Part shown: positions 1-5,390 of the stretch, one piece after another | How positions within the stretch are numbered: position 1 is the stretch's first letter | How the letters are laid out: each line of letters begins with the position of its first letter | Source of the DNA: Geosiphon pyriformis uo1 | Lineage: Eukaryota > Fungi > Glomeromycota | Reading direction: 5' to 3' | DNA length: 5,390 bases | Assembly (NCBI GenBank): GCA_016748015.1 | Contig: JAAOMT010000060.1 | Span: 1-5,390 of the forward strand | The notes under the pieces: generated by a model | What the model saw: the letters and a program-made list of their open reading frames with translations, nothing else | Databases searched by the model: none | What the model was told of the DNA's origin: nothing | Program-made: the position numbers and the translations under genes

Positions 1-895
1 TTTCTTTATTTTATTACATTAATTATATCAGACAAGTATATTTTAATAAGTAAATAAAATTTATTTTGTTTAAATTTTATAAACCAAAATTGTCTAGTTG
101 TATTAAGCTGTAAAAAGTTTAAAAAAGCAATTCATTGAATATTCATTAAATTGAATTATAAATATCTCTTGTAAAAGTAATCAAACCAATGTGTGGAAAA
201 TGTCGTCCGCTTTTCAGTGAAACTTTTTTTCAACAACTTCAAATTGGTTATAATGCAAAAATTATTTTAGTAAAAATAATATTTTGAAGCGGTTTTCAAA
301 GTAACATATTGTATGGTTATAGCTTCCTCTTTATACAAATTTCTTATTTTGTAATTTGAAAGAATTTAATCTCCACTTTAATAAAATCTATTTTGTATGT
401 AAATAGTAATAATAATAGTTCTGATTCTATTTTTATTCGCAAGAAATTAAAGTTTGAGATTTCAAGTAATAAAATTTTTAGCTATCTTAAATTTAATGAG
501 AAAATTTGAACCAAGCAACAATCTTTTAAAAATACAAATAATGATTTTAAGCTCTAAAAACCAACTTTTGCCCTGTTAAATTTAGCCTTTTATCACAATT
601 ACATCAACAGAAAAAAACTTTTAGCAATAAATTTAATATGTTTCCTGGTTATAATTAAGCTACTATTACGATTTAGAATTTAGCAAAGAATTTGATTAAT
701 AAAATGATTGAAAAAACTTGTATGACATATATTTATTGATTTCAAAATTTATCAGTTATTAGTAAAAATAATTTTTGTTGATATTCAAAATTAATATTTT
801 ATTAAATACAAATATTAATTGTACACATTTTCATTTTTACACAATATTACTTATTAAATAACTAATCCACTAAATATAAAAAAATTAATTATCAT

Positions 896-930
896 TTATA
901 ACTAATTGTGACAATTCTAATTAGTTATAA
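896..930. repeat. Perfect 12-bp inverted repeat with 11-nt spacer and nested palindrome
   Basis: TTATAACTAATT (896-907) and its reverse complement AATTAGTTATAA (919-930); overlapping AATTGT-G-ACAATT (904-916). Arms are AT-rich, so function is unknown. Confidence 0.7.
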
Positions 931-1539
931 TAATTGCACAAAATCATTTTTAAATTACAATTATTGTAAAAATCAGAATTAATTTAAATTTTCATCTTTA
1001 ATTAGGGTAAAAATAAGCTTAAATATAAAATATTAACCATTATATTAATATCAAGATTTATCTTAATTCTATTAAACCAATTTTAAAATATCGCTTATTT
1101 TTTGTGATCAATTGTCAAGTTTTAATTATTTATTCAATATTGGTTAACAAATAAAAAGATTTTGCTATAATTATTATTAACTATCTTTTTAATTAATAGT
1201 TATTTTTAATTATTGTCTTTTTAATAAAAGAATAATATTTTATAATTACTTTTTTTTAAGTTATTATTTTTAAATTAATTATACTTTATTACTTACACAA
1301 TCACAATATTAAATATATATTTCTTGTTTAAGTTAAAATTTCTTGAAGAATCTAGATATAATCTAATTTTATTTATAAAATATATAAATTGATTTAATTA
1401 TATTTTTTGATTTTATATAAATTAAAAAAATGCCCAATTACATAACTTTTTTATACAATAAATATTAACATTTCAACTTTAAATCACTTTTATTTTTAGT
1501 TCTTTTTAGAATAAGAAACAATTATAAATTAAAAAAGAG

Positions 1540-1582
1540 TCTTTCAAAAATATCTAAGTATGCTAAATATTTTTATGAAAGA
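1540..1582. repeat. Imperfect inverted repeat (14-bp arms, 2-nt bulge)
   Basis: TCTTTCAAAAATAT (1540-1553) pairs with ATATTTTTATGAAAGA (1567-1582) allowing a 2-nt insertion in the right arm. Confidence 0.6.
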
Positions 1583-2899
1583 TTTTTAAACTAAATATGC
1601 TTAATAAAATAATTTTAGCTCAAAATATTTAACTAATTTATCTTTGAAACTACTGATATAACTCGGACTTTTGTAAACAAATTGAAAAAAAATTAATTTT
1701 AAATCAATATTTATTTTTTTAATTGCATTACTATTTTCCAATATTATATTTTATTATATTCATCCATTTAAATTAAATAAATTTATAACAAATTTTTTTT
1801 TAATAAATATATTTACAATATATTGTTAATAACTAGTCACATGTAGAAAGCATGATATTCATGTCTATTATTAAACATGTATATCTACTATTAGATGGAG
1901 GGTGAAAGAACTACAATCAATCAAGCATTATAAATTATAATAATACGACATTAATTTCAACAATATTATGTTTATATTATAATTTATATTTATTAATTAT
2001 TTATTTTGTTAAATTTAAATTTAATTATTAGCAGGTAAATTGATTATTATATTCTTATTGGTGTTTTAATATTTACCATGAATAATAATAATTTTTTTTT
2101 ATTTGCAATAACGGGTGTGGCCCAATTACTACCTGATAACAATCTATAAGAAATTTTAAATTAGTTATGACTCATGCTCTTCCTAGATAATTAAATTTTA
2201 TAAAAAAATATAACTGAATTAAAATTTTCTTTCAAAAAAAAACTTATTTTATACATTTTAGAATTTAATGTAAAGAAAGCAACTATTTTTTAATATTTAT
2301 AATTGAACAATTGAAATAAAATTTATCAAAAAATAATTAGAATATTATTGTTAATTGAAAATTTTATTCTATTTTTAATAAATACATAAATACTTGTTTT
2401 CAAATTTAAATGAAATGGTTTTTCTGTATTTCGTAAAGTAGATTTAAAAAGAATTGTTTAAAAAGATTCTTTTCATTTATTGCTTCCGAAATTTAAAAAT
2501 TGTTTCTTATGATGGTTGCAAAAAAAAATGCTCAAGCTTTTTTGAGTCATGATAAATGTTCTTTTAAACTAATTTAGAAGTAAATTTAAGAATATAATTT
2601 CGAATGAGATTTTTTCTATTAAAGTTATAATTTGAAAAGTTTTAACAAAGAAAAAAGTTTCATAAGATGAAATTAATCTAACTCTAAAATTATAATGACA
2701 AACTAAAAATAAACATAAAAAAATTATGTTTATTATGCGGCAAATTAATTATCAGTTGCCATTTACGAGTGATTTCCATGGCCCAATTAAGTTAATTCTG
2801 TTTCCTCTATTATGATTGCTATTTTTAATCTATAATGAAAGCAAATAGCTTCATTCTTTAGGAGCTCGAAAGTGATAATCGCAATTAGATCCTAAAAAG

Positions 2900-2932
2900 A
2901 ACATGCATAACATATGCATAACATACGCCTAA
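2900..2932. repeat. Degenerate 11-bp tandem repeat, 3 units
   Basis: AACATGCATAA (2900-2910), CATATGCATAA (2911-2921), CATACGCCTAA (2922-2932); each outer unit matches the middle one at 9/11. Confidence 0.8.
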
Positions 2933-3029
2933 AAGTATATCAATGCTAAAGAATTTCAATTTTTAAATAAAAAATGTATATTTATCATATACTTATCATC
3001 TAAATTACATGTAAAATAACCCATGTCTT

Positions 3030-3063
3030 TTTTCTGTTTTCTGTTTTCTGTTTTCTGTTTTCT
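3030..3063. repeat. Heptanucleotide microsatellite (TTTTCTG)4 plus partial fifth unit TTTTCT
   Basis: Perfect units at 3030-3036, 3037-3043, 3044-3050 and 3051-3057, then TTTTCT at 3058-3063; read directly from the sequence. Confidence 0.95.
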
Positions 3064-3540
3064 TTTCACTATATTTTATGTTGAATAAAACTCATTAAAT
3101 CCAAAGCTAAAATTATTAAACATACAAAACCATTGCACTCATAATATTAATTTTAAATATTAAATTTCAAAAAGTGTAGTTTAAACCTGTATTTATCAAG
3201 TCTAATTCATTCATTTCCTCATGTTCAACTCGTAAAAAATAGTTAAATCACAGTACCAAATCAAAACGCTATAAAGTTGAGTAATTATATTAATTGTTAA
3301 GATAACGGAGCTCATAGTGAGACCCATTATAGAAATAATATTGTAGGCAAAGGTGTTTTTATGGTAAATAACCTAGTTGAAATAATTGTAATGATTATAA
3401 TTGTAAGATATTTAATTTAATGAAGCATGAAAACTTTTAAAAAGGCTAAATCTTTGAAATCAAACCTGAATTACAAATTGCGAAATATCCTCAATAAAAA
3501 TATTGATGGTACTCCTCCAGAATTATTATGTTATTTAAAT

Positions 3541-4680
3541 ATATTTTATATTATTATAAATTAAAATTTTATTATCTTATATATATTACAACAGAGTATT
3601 CAAATTTAATATTTATGTACTAAAAAATAAAAGTCAAAATAATAATAATAAGAAAAGAAACATATTTGATATTAATAATTAAATTATATAAAATAAGTAG
3701 AAACAATATAATAAAATATGTTACTTAATTTTAAAATATTAATTAAGATAATTTTTTATTAAAAATATGAATAGAAATTATTATTTAAATTATAAGAAAT
3801 TTGTTAGATAAAATAGACAATGATAAAAGTTTTATTTAAATATTTTATACATAGTAAAGAATAATATTCTAAAATACAAATTTACATTATTATATTTAAA
3901 CCTATTTTATTTTACATAAATAATGAAAATTATGATTTAATTAATAAAAAATGATTAATTTCAATAAAAATTTCTTGTTTATTATTAAAGATTAAACTAG
4001 TTTTTTTAAATATTATTTTTAAATATTTATTTGTGCATATTAAAACAATAATTAATTTTTTAACATTGTATTAATAGATATTAAAATTTATGTGACTATA
4101 GTAATATTAATAAAAAATTTTATTTTATTGAAAAATGTTTAAAAAAATTATAATGTTTGAAATTTTAGATAGGATTTTAAAAATTCTAAATATTTCTATT
4201 TTATTTATATATTTTTAATAGTTGTTAAATTAATTAAAAAGAACTTGTAAAGCTGGTTTTATTTGGCAAAAATTATTTTAAATAAGAAATTGTATTAATA
4301 AATTTTATTCTTAATAATAAGATTTTATATTTTGTGGTTTTAGATATCAATATATTCTTTATAATATGCTTTTCTCTTGTTATTTAATCTTAATTTATTA
4401 TAATATACAATTATTTAATATTAACATAAATTACAGATAATCAATATTTATTTATTACAAATTATTATGATATGAAAACTTTTATGTTAAAAGACAAATA
4501 AAAGTTATTTTAATAACATTATAGTATAAAGTAATATTACAAAAATAACATGATAAATAAAGATAAAAAAGAAAGTGTAAAAAATTCTGTCTTTTTAATA
4601 TGTAATAATTTTTTTATTCTAAAGATAAATAAATTTATATAACAAATTTTCTAAATTTAGTCTAATCCTTTAATGTTCGA
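3541..4680. other. Extremely AT-rich low-complexity non-coding block
   Basis: Counted G+C: 6/60 at 3661-3720, 4/60 at 3721-3780, 9/60 at 4561-4620; dense TAA/TTA triplets and A/T runs, almost no CpG. Confidence 0.8.
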
Positions 4681-4842
4681 AAACAAATAGAAAAATAAAT
4701 TCCTTTTCATTTCCAATATTTGAATCTAAATCCTTTGTAATCAAACTAATGCTAAGTGTGAAACATTTATTAGGATTGAGATATGATAATAATGAACACT
4801 AACCTTATTTTGAATGTTAGGAGGCTGTGTTTTAAGTAAACA

Positions 4843-4974
4843 GTCATGTTTTCACATCTCGTGTTATAACAGAGAGTACGCGTATTGGCTACGCCCAGTG
4901 GTTTTTCATTTTTTTACATTATTCAGTCTAGTATATTAATTTTTTTTTCAGATACGAGATATGGATGTCATGTT
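4843..4974. mobile_element. Candidate degenerate MITE-like element (116 bp, 4851-4966) with 8-bp flanking direct repeats
   Basis: GTCATGTT at 4843-4850 and 4967-4974. Left end TTCACATCTCGTGT (4851-4864) versus reverse complement of 4952-4965 TCCATATCTCGTAT is 11/14 identical, all differences being transitions. No family recognised; the inverted arms are offset by 1 nt relative to the direct repeats. Confidence 0.3.
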
Positions 4975-5390
4975 CTTAATGACTAATCCATCTGTGACCA
5001 TTTATATTGTTTTCTTAGACAAAGAGAAAAGTTAAATTAAACGTTATAATGAGTCCCACGGTTTTAAGGGTGATGTGAATTTGATTTCCCATACTGATTG
5101 TATTTAGCCATTTTAGGATAGCCGAGTCAAAAAAAAATGAGCCATGAGGATCTGCTTAATATTACATTAGTCATAAAAAATTTCCAGAAAGTACCAAGGT
5201 TTCAAAAAGTGACGCTTTGTTTTTAATCACTACATATTAGTTAAACCCACCCTTGTATTTTTGGATTCTTGTTTTCGCGTGAAAAACAAACGCATAATTT
5301 TTGATCTCAAAATCAACAACTTAGAGGCAGTAACATATATAAAGAGGTGTTCTCTGCCTTTAGGCAAAATTTTATCCTATATAAGATTAC

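Noticed and set aside
789-820. 11-bp inverted repeat AATTAATATTT/AAATATTAATT
   Set aside because: Arms are entirely A/T; expected in such low-complexity sequence.
1002-1007. TTAGGG telomere-like hexamer
   Set aside because: Single copy.
81-1080. Four AAACCAA strings (81, 183, 558, 1074) resembling the Tetrahymena chromosome breakage sequence
   Set aside because: None has the required AAACCAACCYC core.
2410-2607. 65-codon ATG-TGA frame under the ciliate code (TAA/TAG=Gln)
   Set aside because: With TGA as the sole stop this length is expected by chance; no homology recognised.
2861-3320. Similar strings GGAGCTCGAAAGTGA (2861-2875) and GGAGCTCATAGTGA (3307-3320)
   Set aside because: Only two short gapped copies without flanking similarity; insufficient to call a repeat.
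3382-3409. Short tandem duplication of ATAATTGTAA (3382-3391, 3397-3406)
   Set aside because: Two AT-rich copies only; ordinary slippage or chance.
4869-4931. Peptide STRIGYAQW resembling the serine-recombinase N-terminal IGYARVST motif
   Set aside because: Lacks the RVS catalytic residues, has no start codon and stops within ~20 codons.
4880-4932. Helitron 3' end (hairpin plus CTAG-T at 4928-4932)
   Set aside because: Hairpin stem is only 5 bp and lies ~34 nt from CTAG, unlike the typical longer GC hairpin ~10-15 nt upstream.
4940-5035. Splice-acceptor-like T9-CAG (4940-4951) followed by a 27-codon frame IRDMDVMFLMTNPSVTIYIVFLDKEKS*
   Set aside because: Short, no recognisable homology, no supported upstream exon; such signals are common in T-rich DNA.
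1-5390. CRISPR array, tRNA, rRNA or intact transposase/IS
   Set aside because: No regularly spaced 23-47-bp repeats, no cloverleaf with T/D-loop consensus, no rRNA signature and no long standard-code ORF seen.

Overview
Very AT-rich window (roughly 20% GC by eye; sampled 60-nt lines range from 7-10% GC around 3661-3780 to 33-38% GC around 4801-5100). I recognised no protein-coding gene, rRNA, tRNA, CRISPR array or intact transposase. It reads as intergenic/intronic or decayed DNA, most likely from an AT-rich eukaryotic genome; the taxon and genetic code cannot be fixed from the sequence. Directly supported features are small: a (TTTTCTG)n microsatellite, a degenerate 11-bp tandem repeat, several imperfect inverted repeats and a compositional step to higher GC near 4740-4800. 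The best leads are a 116-bp MITE-like unit bounded by 8-bp direct repeats and imperfect inverted ends (4843-4974), a GCCCAATTA motif occurring three times at ~670-bp spacing, a 122-codon frame open only if TGA=Trp (189-557) and a stop-poor frame at 3157-3564. I found no convincing novel system. Translation was done by hand on the GC-richer stretches only, not exhaustively in all six frames.
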